A stretch of DNA of 64,000 bases from Candidatus Kapaibacterium sp. (lineage in GTDB: Bacteria; Bacteroidota; Ignavibacteria; Palsa-1295), in the NCBI GenBank assembly GCA_035632315.1, contig DASQGZ010000034.1, forward strand, positions 12,693 through 76,692, written 5' to 3'. The position numbers were made by a program, and so were the translations under genes. The notes under the pieces are model-generated. The model was not told the DNA's origin, searched no databases, and worked only from the letters and a program-made list of their open reading frames with translations. Below, piece after piece: positions 48,093-58,270 of the stretch; the first letter of the stretch is position 1; every line of letters starts with the position of its first letter.

Positions 48093-49502
48093 ATGTCTAT
48101 GAAAATTACTTCTGCACTTGCATCATTGCTTGTGCTCGCCCTGCACACTGCTTCGCCTGCACAAACAACTACACAAACACCAACCGACACGACTTCTCAT
48201 CCTGCCGCCCAGGATTCTGTCGGCGAACCATTTGCTTGGGGTGATTTCACCTGGATCAACGGCAACGACCGCCGCCACACTGCATTGCTCGATTCGAAGT
48301 ATGTGACCGGACGCGTGCTTGTCGATGCAAACTACACGGCATCGAACCAACATCCGATCGATCATACGGTCATCGGCTCGACATCATTGGCACGCGATAA
48401 TGAATTTGCAATCAATGTGGCTGCCCTTGGCGGAGATTTTCACTACGATAATGCCCGTGCATCAATTCTGTTGCAAATGGGCACCCGCGCTACCGTCGTA
48501 CCACGAAATGACTATAGCGCATACCACGGACAGTATGACCTCTTTGACGCATATAGGTTTCTCAGCGAAGCAAATGCCGGGTATCACTTCAATGTCTGGC
48601 ACGGGATCAATGTCGATGCCGGACTATTTATGTCCTATGTCGGACTCTTCTCGTATTACAATGCGGAGAATTGGACATACCAACCGTCGTTTACTTCGGA
48701 TAACACTCCATGGTTTTTTAATGGAATGCGAATTCAGATGTTTCCCAGCGACCGGATGAAATTCGAACTCTGGCTCGTCAATGGGTGGCAGTCGTATGCG
48801 AAGTTTAACAATGCCCCAGGAGTCGGGCTTCAGTTCACCTGGCGTCCGGTAGAGTCCATTCAGGTGCTTTCGAATAATTATTACGGTCACGATGCGGCCG
48901 GTATTCCCGACCGTATGCGCTTTCATACCGATAATAGTTTTTTACTCAGATATTATAACAACCCGGGATCGAACGGCATATCCAGAATGGCGTTTTCCGT
49001 TACGCAGGATGTCGGCTTTGAGAATGGCGACGGGATCGTTTCCGGGTTTTCAAAAGTGGCAGGGCAATACCAGCAGTATTTCATCAGTGGGATGGCGTAT
49101 AATCGTATCTGGTTCGCGAACGACCATCTCGGCACGACGATCGGTGCAGGCTATATCAATAATCCGGGACGATATCTGGTGCTCTACCCAACCGGTGATG
49201 CGAGCCCATTGCCAAATCCGAACAATCCTACTTCCAATGCCGGGACACATCCATTCTCAGCAAATCCCGGGGACCCGTTTCACGGCTGGGATGCGAGCGT
49301 GTCATTCGATTGGATGCCGAACGATTACGTGCAATATCAATTCCAAGTCATTCATCGTGAGGCGGATGTGCCATACTTCGCGGGTCCCGGCGGTGTGACT
49401 TCACCCTCCGGATATACGACGACAGTTATTCCGACCGGTTGGGCGCCTGATCTTGTCAAAAATGAGACTCGGTTTATCGGAGCCGTGCTCGTACGGTTTT
49501 AG
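48093..49502 (+). CDS. outer-membrane porin-like beta-barrel protein
   Basis: signal peptide MSMKITSALASLLVLALHTASPAQ; aromatic-rich alternating strands; C-terminal ...VLVRF. Confidence 0.5.
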   Translation: MSMKITSALASLLVLALHTASPAQTTTQTPTDTTSHPAAQDSVGEPFAWGDFTWINGNDRRHTALLDSKYVTGRVLVDANYTASNQHPIDHTVIGSTSLARDNEFAINVAALGGDFHYDNARASILLQMGTRATVVPRNDYSAYHGQYDLFDAYRFLSEANAGYHFNVWHGINVDAGLFMSYVGLFSYYNAENWTYQPSFTSDNTPWFFNGMRIQMFPSDRMKFELWLVNGWQSYAKFNNAPGVGLQFTWRPVESIQVLSNNYYGHDAAGIPDRMRFHTDNSFLLRYYNNPGSNGISRMAFSVTQDVGFENGDGIVSGFSKVAGQYQQYFISGMAYNRIWFANDHLGTTIGAGYINNPGRYLVLYPTGDASPLPNPNNPTSNAGTHPFSANPGDPFHGWDASVSFDWMPNDYVQYQFQVIHREADVPYFAGPGGVTSPSGYTTTVIPTGWAPDLVKNETRFIGAVLVRF

Positions 49503-49514
49503 AAGATTTGATTT

Positions 49515-49560
49515 TATGTAGTAGCTCCGACTTCAGTCGGAGCAAGCTGGCTCTACTATA
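49515..49560. terminator. bidirectional hairpin between convergent genes
   Basis: GTAGTAGCTCCGACttcaGTCGGAGcaagctggCTCTACTAT nested stems. Confidence 0.45.
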
Positions 49561-50775
49561 TTAAAAATGATAGCTCCCGCTGATGACCGGAATGATCGGG
49601 AAATCGGGCGCATTGAAGACATATTCACCGAGCGACTTTTCCGTTCGTGATGCACCGGACGTATAGAGCGAAAACACAACGCCAATATCGATGGTCAGAT
49701 CGTTCTGAAAATATCTGATCGTTGCAAGCACCGGAACAATATCGAAATCCTGAATGAAAAACAGTTCGATGTTGAATTTCAGATTTTCACCGACACGCTC
49801 GGAGCCGGCGATCGCCAGAAGATTTTCTTGTTTGTTGTACCGTATTCCGTTCGAGTCGAGCGCGTTCTTCCACGTCGCGCCGGCGAGCAGTGTCAAGTTT
49901 GCATCCCATCTTCCATACGTTGCCGCTCCATAGACCATTCCGAGTTTTACGGTACTGACAACTTCAGAGTATAACCCCTGTCCGCCAACGGCAAGATGCC
50001 ATAGTTCACTCTCGTACGGCGTCACTTTCAAACCGGCCGTCGCAACAATAATATTATTTTTCAGCGGGAGAAACACGCCTCCAAGATTTGTCGAGAGCCA
50101 ATTCGTCGGACCGAAGTTCATTTGCAAGCCGCCAAAAAAATAATCGGCGATAAAATTATTTCCTTCGCCGTACGGGATCGCAGTCGGTGTAATGTAGGTC
50201 TGTGATGCCCGTGGGTCGAGGGCAGTCAGATAGGCAGTCGTATAAAACTCATTGCGCCGATCGCCTTTTCCGCTGTAATTATCGATGTAGCGGATATTCG
50301 GATATTTGAAATAGAGGTCGCCCCAATCGGTCGAAAGCACGACATGAGCCGAATCGTCAAAGAGATAGCGGTTGCCGCGGAAATCGTCGTGCGTATCGGT
50401 ATGGACGAGCGAAATAAACTCCGCCTTTTGCTGTCCGGTAAAATTCAACACATTATTTTTTTGAACATCGATCGCATTTTTCGACGCGTCTTCGAGCAGA
50501 TTATCATGGAGGACATAATTGAAGCGGTAGTCGATGGCGTAGGAAATATCCTGTAACGGTATCTCCAGCCGCCCATAGCGCGTCTGAAACAGAATTCGGT
50601 CAGGCGCCGGTTTTTGCAGAACGATCCCGAAGAACTGGGATGAATCCTTCATCACGAGATCGACCAGAAAATCGCGCGCAAGATCTCGCGGCGACATCTG
50701 CGAACGCGAGACGCCGAACGTGATCAACAAAATAATAAACATTGCGACGGATCGCCTAAGACCGCTTGCGTACAT
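49561..50775 (-). CDS. outer-membrane beta-barrel hypothetical protein
   Basis: signal peptide; C-terminal ...ISGSYHF. Confidence 0.5.
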   Translation of the reverse strand: MYASGLRRSVAMFIILLITFGVSRSQMSPRDLARDFLVDLVMKDSSQFFGIVLQKPAPDRILFQTRYGRLEIPLQDISYAIDYRFNYVLHDNLLEDASKNAIDVQKNNVLNFTGQQKAEFISLVHTDTHDDFRGNRYLFDDSAHVVLSTDWGDLYFKYPNIRYIDNYSGKGDRRNEFYTTAYLTALDPRASQTYITPTAIPYGEGNNFIADYFFGGLQMNFGPTNWLSTNLGGVFLPLKNNIIVATAGLKVTPYESELWHLAVGGQGLYSEVVSTVKLGMVYGAATYGRWDANLTLLAGATWKNALDSNGIRYNKQENLLAIAGSERVGENLKFNIELFFIQDFDIVPVLATIRYFQNDLTIDIGVVFSLYTSGASRTEKSLGEYVFNAPDFPIIPVISGSYHF

Positions 50776-51319
50776 TTTTTATTCGTTCGGGATGTGATTC
50801 GATAAATTGCTTCCAATTCGTTGGCGCTCTGCCCGGGGCACGATGACGCAGTGCGTGCGTCAGTGCGACCGCCAGCGCATCGTACGCGTCAGGAAGTTTT
50901 TGTTTCTCGTCGCCTAAGGCGACTAATTTACCAACCATAAATTCGACCTGCGCTTTCGATGCGTTGCCGTTGCCGGTCACTGCCTTCTTCACAAGACGCG
51001 GCGCATATTCGGCAACAGGAATTTCTGCCAACTCCGCAGCTACTACAGCAACACCGCGAGCTTGGCCAAGTTTCATTGCCGACTGCACGTTCTTATCGTA
51101 AAATGCCGATTCGATCGCGCATTCATCGGGGGACGTCCGCTCGATTACAGCAGAAAGCCGGCGAAAAATAGTGACGAGCCGTTTCGGCATCACGTCCATT
51201 TTTTTTGCCTCGATGGCGCCGAACTCAACCAGACGAAACCGATTCGCCGAGCGCTTATCTATCTCAATGACGCCGTAACCGGTGACGATCGTACCGGGAT
51301 CGATACCGAGAATGATCAT
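50756..51319 (-). CDS. ruvC: crossover junction endodeoxyribonuclease RuvC
   Basis: MIILGIDPGTIVTGYGVIE... Confidence 0.85.
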   Translation of the reverse strand: MIILGIDPGTIVTGYGVIEIDKRSANRFRLVEFGAIEAKKMDVMPKRLVTIFRRLSAVIERTSPDECAIESAFYDKNVQSAMKLGQARGVAVVAAELAEIPVAEYAPRLVKKAVTGNGNASKAQVEFMVGKLVALGDEKQKLPDAYDALAVALTHALRHRAPGRAPTNWKQFIESHPERIKNVRKRS

Positions 51320-51393
51320 AATTTGACGTGCAAATTACGAACCGGCCGAGTTTTCCTCGTAAATTTGCACTCTTATACTCAACTTCGGTAATG

Positions 51394-51858
51394 AAACTGA
51401 TCACCTATCTTCGCCCGGAATATATCGAGATCGGCTTAAACGCTGCATCGAAAGACGAACTCATCCGTAATATGGTCGATATCGCCGCAAGAAATCCGAA
51501 CGTTCAGGATAAAGCGAAAGTCCTGACCGCGATCACCGAACGCGAACGTATTATGAGCACGGGCGTCGGCAAAGGCTTTGCAATCCCACACGGAAAAACA
51601 GATGCCATTTCCGACATTGTTCTTGCATTCGCTGTCACTGCCGAACCTGTCGATTATGCATCAATGGACAGCGAGCCGGTACGATTGGTCCTGTTACTCG
51701 TCAGCCGCGAAAGCGATGTCGGCGTGAGATTAAAACTTCTTTCACGCGCATCGAAAGTGATGAACTCCGATACGACTCGTAAAGCCCTGCTTGATGCGAA
51801 AACGAAAGAAGATATCCTCCGCATACTCGGCGACGAAGAAGAGAGGATCGGCGATTGA
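51394..51858 (+). CDS. ptsN: PTS EIIA-type-2 nitrogen-regulatory protein (PtsN-like)
   Basis: LITYLRPEYIEIGLNAASKDELI...GKGFAIPHGKTD. Confidence 0.7.
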   Translation, partial: KLITYLRPEYIEIGLNAASKDELIRNMVDIAARNPNVQDKAKVLTAITERERIMSTGVGKGFAIPHGKTDAISDIVLAFAVTAEPVDYASMDSEPVRLVLLLVSRESDVGVRLKLLSRASKVMNSDTTRKALLDAKTKEDILRILGDEEERIGD

Positions 51859-53117
51859 TGAATATCAAAGCTCCGCGCGGCACAAAAGATATTCTGCCGC
51901 CGGAATCAGCTCTGTGGCAGGAGATCGAACGCGCCGTTGATGAAACTGCCCGTGTGTTCGGGTATGATGAGATCAGAACGCCGATGTTCGAACCTGTCTC
52001 ACTGTTCAAACGCTCGGTCGGAGAAACAAGCGACATCGTCTCGAAAGAAATGTATCTCTTCACCGATAAAGGCGGTGAAGAGATGGCGCTTCGACCTGAA
52101 CTGACGGCTTCTGTCGTGCGTGCCGCGATCGAACATAATCTTATTTCGCAGCAAGGGTCCATTGCAAAGCTTTATTATAATAGCGCTCCGATGTTCCGCT
52201 ACGAACGGCCACAGATGGGGCGCCAGCGGCAATTTCATCAGTTCGGTATCGAACTGCTCGGTTCGCCCAGTGCGCTTGCCGATCTGCAGACCGTCGCGTT
52301 CGCACATTCTGTGTACCAACGGCTTGGTTTTGTGAATTTCGAGCTTCGACTCAATACGCTTGGCTCACCCGAGATCCGAGAAAAATGGCGAGAGTATCTT
52401 GTCGCATATTTGCGAAAATATGTCAATGACCTTTCCGATGACAGTAAACGGCGGCTTGAAACGAATCCGATCAGAATTCTCGATTCAAAAAATGAGCGCG
52501 ACCATGAAATCGTTCGTGATGCTCCGGCTATCTCAGATTATCTTGACGAAGCAGATAAAGTGCATTTTGACACCCTGCAAGCTCATTTAACCGATGCAGG
52601 AATAAAATTCCGGATCGATCCGCTTCTGGTTCGCGGACTTGATTATTACAACCGGACGGTATTCGAGTTAACATCAAATGATCTCGGATCGCAGGATGCA
52701 CTCTGCGGGGGAGGACGTTATGACGGACTCGTCGAGCAGCTCGGCGGACCGGCAATTCCTGCGGTTGGCTTCGCGGCCGGCGTTGAGCGGCTGGTGATCG
52801 TCCTGCAAAAAATGCGCGGCATAATAAATCAGACGCCGCTCGATGCCTATGTCGTGCTTGCAGATAAATCGGCAGTCAAAACGCTGATCGAGGTTTCGAG
52901 CGAGATCAAAGGCGCAGGGTTTTCCTGCACGTACGATCTGCTTGAGCGCTCGATGAAAGCTCAAATGCGTGAGGCAGGAAAGCTCGGGGCACGCTATGTT
53001 GTTATACTTGGTGCAGACGAGATCGCAAACAATAGCGTGACGCTCAAGAATATGGCAGAAGGCTCACAGGAGATGATCGGGCGTTATCTTCTTGCGGATC
53101 GTCTTGGGAAGTCGTAA
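51855..53117 (+). CDS. hisS: histidine--tRNA ligase
   Basis: MMNIKAPRGTKDILPPESALWQ...; class II aaRS motifs; AGAGGA Shine-Dalgarno. Confidence 0.9.
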   Translation: MMNIKAPRGTKDILPPESALWQEIERAVDETARVFGYDEIRTPMFEPVSLFKRSVGETSDIVSKEMYLFTDKGGEEMALRPELTASVVRAAIEHNLISQQGSIAKLYYNSAPMFRYERPQMGRQRQFHQFGIELLGSPSALADLQTVAFAHSVYQRLGFVNFELRLNTLGSPEIREKWREYLVAYLRKYVNDLSDDSKRRLETNPIRILDSKNERDHEIVRDAPAISDYLDEADKVHFDTLQAHLTDAGIKFRIDPLLVRGLDYYNRTVFELTSNDLGSQDALCGGGRYDGLVEQLGGPAIPAVGFAAGVERLVIVLQKMRGIINQTPLDAYVVLADKSAVKTLIEVSSEIKGAGFSCTYDLLERSMKAQMREAGKLGARYVVILGADEIANNSVTLKNMAEGSQEMIGRYLLADRLGKS

Positions 53118-53163
53118 ATTTGCCCACCATGTTATTATTCACTGATCGTAATATCAATCGAAA

Positions 53164-53922
53164 ATGGAACCGTTACCGCCAGTAAAAGAAGTCGAATACC
53201 GCTGTATCATCGGCAAGGATTTCGACGAAATAATGGGGCAGGAGTACACAACCTTCAGCTTCGAAACAGCAAAGGAATTCTCGAGCTTCCGCTACGAGAT
53301 CGCCGTTCGCTATAAGCTCGAAGGCTCGAATATCACGTTCCGTGTGCTTGGTATGACGGCCACACGAATGATGATGCCTGCATTCGGGACTGCGCAATCG
53401 GTTCTGAAAGTCCCTCAGCTTCAGCCGGGGAAATACACCGTTACATTCGTTAAAAGCGATAGTAATGCAACCGAATTTTTTCTTGAGGTGACCAAACGTG
53501 GTTTGCAGATCGTCAAACCGATTCCCCGCAAGCGCTTTATTGACCTTGTCATTAAAGGCGAAGCGGCTGCTCATACGCCGAAAGCAGTCGCGTCAACGAT
53601 CTCGAAGTCGCCGCATGCGCCGCTCGTACCTCGAACGATCCAAAAGCGCCCGCCCCCCCCGACCCCGGAAGAACTTGAGATATTAGCAGCTTTGAAAGAC
53701 GAAACCCCTGAAGAACGCGATGCCCGCGAGGAACTCGAGCTCTTCGGAAGGCGCGCAGCAAGGAAGAAAGCAGTGGCTGCAAAGGCGAAGAAGTCCCATA
53801 AGCCATTGAAAAAGAAGGTGAAACCGGCAACCAAGAAAACGAAAGCAAAACCAAAGGCAAAGCCCAAAAAAGCTAAAAAACCTGTGAAAAAGAAGCCTGC
53901 TCCTAAGAAGAAGAGAAGATAA
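53164..53922 (+). CDS. hypothetical protein with C-terminal lysine/alanine/proline-rich histone-H1-like tail
   Basis: 170-aa globular N-terminal domain, Pro-rich linker, tail KKAVAAKAKKSHKPLKKKVKPATKKTKAKPKAKPKKAKKPVKKKPAPKKKRR. Confidence 0.55.
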   Translation: MEPLPPVKEVEYRCIIGKDFDEIMGQEYTTFSFETAKEFSSFRYEIAVRYKLEGSNITFRVLGMTATRMMMPAFGTAQSVLKVPQLQPGKYTVTFVKSDSNATEFFLEVTKRGLQIVKPIPRKRFIDLVIKGEAAAHTPKAVASTISKSPHAPLVPRTIQKRPPPPTPEELEILAALKDETPEERDAREELELFGRRAARKKAVAAKAKKSHKPLKKKVKPATKKTKAKPKAKPKKAKKPVKKKPAPKKKRR

Positions 53923-54064
53923 AACGTGCACAAGGATCAACAAAAATTTGAAATTTTGGGCACTTTATTGAAAAAAGCTGTATTTTCGCCAGTGGGATGA
54001 TGCAAAGTGTATCAACCCATTTGTGTACCCTTGCACCATTATTCATTTAATTTGGAGAGATACG

Positions 54065-54250
54065 ATGGAGCGATATAATGAACTCAAAGCACTGCTCGAA
54101 AGCTTCGAACCGGATTTCGAGAAGTTTTATGTTAAAGGCAATAAGTCCGCGGGTGTTCGTGTCCGTAAGGCTATGAACGAGTTGAAAAAGAAGGCCCAGG
54201 AGATTCGCATCGAAGTCCAAAATATGAAATCGGCCGAAGCGAAAGGCTAA
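54065..54250 (+). CDS. histone H1-like protein Hc1-family small DNA-binding protein
   Basis: KGNKSAGVRVRKAMNELKKKAQEIRIEVQN matches the Hc1 N-terminal domain (KGNKAAAQRVRTESIKLEK); start placed at internal ATG (MERYNEL). Confidence 0.6.
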   Translation: MERYNELKALLESFEPDFEKFYVKGNKSAGVRVRKAMNELKKKAQEIRIEVQNMKSAEAKG

Positions 54251-54328
54251 CCTCAGTTCTTTCCAAACTATTAAACCCCTTCCAAATGTACATTTGGAAG
54301 GGGTTTTCAATAGTATTCGATACTGCGA

Positions 54329-55198
54329 CTACTGAACAAACGCCAATGGCAGTGTTGCAGAATTACTGCCGGCAATGACTCGTAGGTAATACATTCCGTC
54401 AGATAAGCCGCTGCGGATAAACGGGATCATATACGAGCCCGCAGAATATGTGCTCGAAACAAGTTTCTCGACTTCCCTGCCTGTTATATCATAGATCGCG
54501 ATCGTTACCGGAGCGCTCTCACTCAAAGAAAGATGAATGGCACTTTGCTCCCGGATCGGGTTCGGAAATACCGATACGTTAAATGAAGATGCTGCCTGAT
54601 CCGGAATGCCTGAGTGCACGTCACTGTATGCGAGGTCATCAACTTCAAACCAGCTGCCGACATGGGGTGTCGATGAAGTCTTACCGCTGATCAAGAAAAT
54701 GACTGTCATTGTATCCGGAACCGTCAACGGGTCGAGATATGTATAGGGCAAACTCAACTGAGACCATTGTGAAACCTCCGTTGCTGAACGTATCGAAATG
54801 GCTCCGACCGGAGTTGAGGATTGCTTTGTCAGCGTCGATGCGATCGAAAGGACATCTCCGCTATCCGAATGAAATTTTATCCACATCGTAAGTGCAACGA
54901 CACGATGATCGACTCCCGAACCGGCATTGGCGGCGGTTGTATTGAAAAGCAGTGGCGGATATGGTGTGCCGGAAAATTGCACAACATCCCCGCGAGCCGC
55001 AAGCGACCCGCCGTGCGCATCTGTTGTGGATGATACGTTCGTGACCGATCCGGGGATATTCGATGTAGCCCAGTTGTCCGGATCACCGCCCGTCCAAGTC
55101 TCGAAGCCGGCATTAAGAATTTGTCCGTAATTCGCTTTGGGGAGGCATATAACGATGAGTACACAAAACAATAATTTTCTCATTAATAACTTTTCCAT
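54329..55198 (-). CDS. secreted hypothetical protein with T9SS C-terminal sorting domain
   Basis: signal peptide; CTD ...YSAGSYMIPFIRSGLSDGMYYLRVIAGSNSATLPLAFVQ. Confidence 0.6.
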   Translation of the reverse strand: MEKLLMRKLLFCVLIVICLPKANYGQILNAGFETWTGGDPDNWATSNIPGSVTNVSSTTDAHGGSLAARGDVVQFSGTPYPPLLFNTTAANAGSGVDHRVVALTMWIKFHSDSGDVLSIASTLTKQSSTPVGAISIRSATEVSQWSQLSLPYTYLDPLTVPDTMTVIFLISGKTSSTPHVGSWFEVDDLAYSDVHSGIPDQAASSFNVSVFPNPIREQSAIHLSLSESAPVTIAIYDITGREVEKLVSSTYSAGSYMIPFIRSGLSDGMYYLRVIAGSNSATLPLAFVQ

Positions 55199-55334
55199 TG
55201 TAGTGCGATGGTTACCTGATTTTCTAACAATAATACTTGATAGTTCGGTTTAGAGATAATGCACGTCCATAATATAAAAAAATAGAATACAAAAGCGCCG
55301 TCCAGCGGCGCTTTTTTTTGGAAGATCACAACGA

Positions 55335-57500
55335 TCAGAATGAATGATGCACGATGCCCTTCGTCACTGTCATCCCTTCCGATTGTAATCTGCACATATA
55401 GACTCCATCCGCAAGATGCAGGCTTGCCGCATCGAATGAGATCTCGTGCTCGCCATTTGTTTGAAATTCGTTGACAAGCGTTGCGATCTCTTTCCCCGTT
55501 ATGTCTAACATATCCAGTCGAACAAGAGACGACAAAGGAACAACGTACCGTATGGTCGTTTCACCGGCGAACGGATTCGGATAGTTCTGCACGACCGAAG
55601 CATCCCAAGCAACCGGCACAGGCATAGTTACCCCACTTTTGCTCGGTCGTTGAGTACGGTAGAGCCCTGAACCCGTCGTGCCGGCATAGGCTATCTGATG
55701 CGCAGCGTCGTCATACATAAATGTCGGCGTACTTGCAAACGGGAACGTAGCTGCAAACCAAACAGAACCTCCGCTAGAGGAGGTTGACATTGCTGTCGCG
55801 CTCGCTGCGATCATAAAGAGACTCGGAGATTCTATGACAAGACCTGTAATATTCTTCAATGACGATGATAATGTCAACCAGCTCGCTCCGTTGTTGTTCG
55901 TATAATAAACACCATCAGCATTCGACGCATAGACATACCCAGTCGTACTATGAGCTGTCACTGCAAGGGGATTTGTGACAAGATTAGATGACAATTGCCA
56001 CGCATCGCCGTTGTTCGTTGTGTAATACACGCCTGATGTACAAAATGCAAATACATATCCTTGTGAACCGACGGTCAGGAATTTGATCGTATCCTGCGGG
56101 ATGCCGCTTCGCTTAATGCTCCAAGATAAACCGTTATCGATCGACCGATAGACCGTTCCGTTAAATCCGCCGAGAAACACTGTGCCGGAAGGCGTCACAC
56201 ACGATGCACGCATCAATGTTTTATTGATCCCGATGAGAAGCGAACCGGCTGTAATATCCGTCCAGGTATTGCCATCGTCAGTTGAATGATAGACTGCCGT
56301 TCCGAAAGCCGTCGCGTATAATTCGGTTGCGCTGGTCGCCGTGATGGAAGTAAAATTATGCGAAACGAGTACATCGCTTTGCACCGGTAACCAAGTATCG
56401 CCCTGATCGACCGAGCGGTATAATTCTGCGGTATCCGCCACAGCAAAGATATTTCCGCTGCTATCGGCTCCCATCGCCTGCACGGAGGCAGTGATCATAC
56501 CTTTACTACTCGGATTCCAAGTTTTGCACGTATCATGAGATGCAAAAACTCCGTTCTTCGAGAGCCCTTCAAAAAAATCCGAGTTTTTTCCTAAAAGACA
56601 GAGTGCATTATCGACGTCTGCAGTTGCCGCACGCACCGATTTCCAGGAGGCACCACCATTACGGGAAAACCACAGACCGGCTCCGCCGCTAACAAGGATG
56701 CTGTTGCCCTCATCGGTCGCAACTTCTGTGCCTGATGTAATATTCAATCCTCCGGTGCCGGAAATAATATTCCAGGAATTCCCGCTATCTGCCGAAGAAA
56801 AGATCCCTGCCTGGCTTGTTGCATACAGAGTTCCGGCAGCAGAGACTGCAATTGCGGCAACAACTTGTGGGAGCGATCCGGTGCTCACATTTGTCCATGA
56901 ACTTCCTTCATCTGTCGAACGAATCAGTCCGCCTGCGGTAATACCAAAGACTGAGCCGCTTGGTCCGCGGAAGAGCCGTGTGACCGGGAAAAGATCGGTC
57001 ACTCCGGGTTCGACCGGAATTCCATTCGTCGAATTACTCCACGACGTTCCCTGATTGCTTGAGCTGAATACGCCTGCGCCATAAGTTCCGACGATTATTG
57101 TTCCGTTCGAATTAACGGTAATCGAAAGCAAACTTGGTGCTGTCAGTGACGCGACCTGATTCCATGTTACACCTTGATCGGTCGATTTATAGGCGCCGGA
57201 ACTTGTCACAGCATACGCAACTGTCCCCGCAGGATCAAATGCAATAGCACTCTGCGAAGAGAAATCGAATGATTGGCTCGACGAAGTCCAGCTCGCGCCT
57301 TTATTCGTTGTCCGAAATACTTGCTTTGAAGCTGCAGCGAGTACGACGTTTCCTGACCCTTTTGCGAATGTCCAGACTTGCGCCCCTGCAGGACCTGCCG
57401 TCTGTTCAAATGTTGTTGGTTGTCCAAACGAATCGCCTGTAATTACCAACAAAGACAGAGCCATCACGCCAAAAAACGAATGTAATTTCATACTGATCAA
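55335..57500 (-). CDS. secreted multi-BNR/Asp-box beta-propeller protein with T9SS C-terminal sorting domain
   Basis: 721 aa; at least 12 SxDxGxxW boxes; CTD ...LHLADGVYMCRLQSEGMTVTKGIVHHSF. Confidence 0.7.
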   Translation of the reverse strand: MISMKLHSFFGVMALSLLVITGDSFGQPTTFEQTAGPAGAQVWTFAKGSGNVVLAAASKQVFRTTNKGASWTSSSQSFDFSSQSAIAFDPAGTVAYAVTSSGAYKSTDQGVTWNQVASLTAPSLLSITVNSNGTIIVGTYGAGVFSSSNQGTSWSNSTNGIPVEPGVTDLFPVTRLFRGPSGSVFGITAGGLIRSTDEGSSWTNVSTGSLPQVVAAIAVSAAGTLYATSQAGIFSSADSGNSWNIISGTGGLNITSGTEVATDEGNSILVSGGAGLWFSRNGGASWKSVRAATADVDNALCLLGKNSDFFEGLSKNGVFASHDTCKTWNPSSKGMITASVQAMGADSSGNIFAVADTAELYRSVDQGDTWLPVQSDVLVSHNFTSITATSATELYATAFGTAVYHSTDDGNTWTDITAGSLLIGINKTLMRASCVTPSGTVFLGGFNGTVYRSIDNGLSWSIKRSGIPQDTIKFLTVGSQGYVFAFCTSGVYYTTNNGDAWQLSSNLVTNPLAVTAHSTTGYVYASNADGVYYTNNNGASWLTLSSSLKNITGLVIESPSLFMIAASATAMSTSSSGGSVWFAATFPFASTPTFMYDDAAHQIAYAGTTGSGLYRTQRPSKSGVTMPVPVAWDASVVQNYPNPFAGETTIRYVVPLSSLVRLDMLDITGKEIATLVNEFQTNGEHEISFDAASLHLADGVYMCRLQSEGMTVTKGIVHHSF

Positions 57501-58270
57501 GTTTAGGATGAATGACGATTAATGCCGGAATCGAATAAAAAACACACCGGTAAATACAAAGTTACAGTCCTTTCTCGCAAAATGACCAAAATCCTAATTT
57601 AATACCTGCATAATGACGACAAAATATCAACTGTGTATTTTTGCACAGGTGTTTTTATCAATGAATACTCTTCGTTTTGTCATAGTCGTATTGTGCATCG
57701 CAGGCCTCCTTCGCCTGATCGGTTAATCGTTTTTTTTTCTGTATATACTCCAAAAATCATCCGTTCTCATAATCCATTTTATATGCCAATGTCTATGCTC
57801 ATATTCAGAATATTAAGGGCCAAAAAAATAAAATTGGATCTTTTTGACATAAAAAAACACTCATCCCCATTGTTATTTTAACCGCCATAAAAGATAAATT
57901 TTTGAAATTATTAGTTTAACGACTCAGCGTATAAGTTATTGATATTTAATAAATTATAAGAATCTATCTTTTACTTCAAAAATAATTTGCACTTGCTATG
58001 TTTTTTAATTATATTCGTATCCGTTTCTAGTTGCCCCTTCGCTCAAAACTGAATAGTTAGCCGTAATCCGCGAGTAAAAATCTCTCGGAGTAGTATGCCG
58101 TGCCAAAGGAGTTACCGATACTGTTTGTTTCGGTTACTCGAAACGATAAATTTGTTTCTGGCTTTGAAATAAGAGATAATGTAGGGGTGATCTTTATTCT
58201 GTAAAGATCAGCATTATTTTTTATGGCGGAAGCAACGGGAAAAAAGTTTTTATCACTAACCCATACATAT

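Noticed and set aside
53552-53943. Minus-strand ORFs (53552..53860, 53571..53933, 53683..53943) opposite the lysine-rich tail
   Set aside because: These are poly-F/L antisense translations of AAG/AAA-rich coding DNA; the plus-strand frame has the coherent domain structure.
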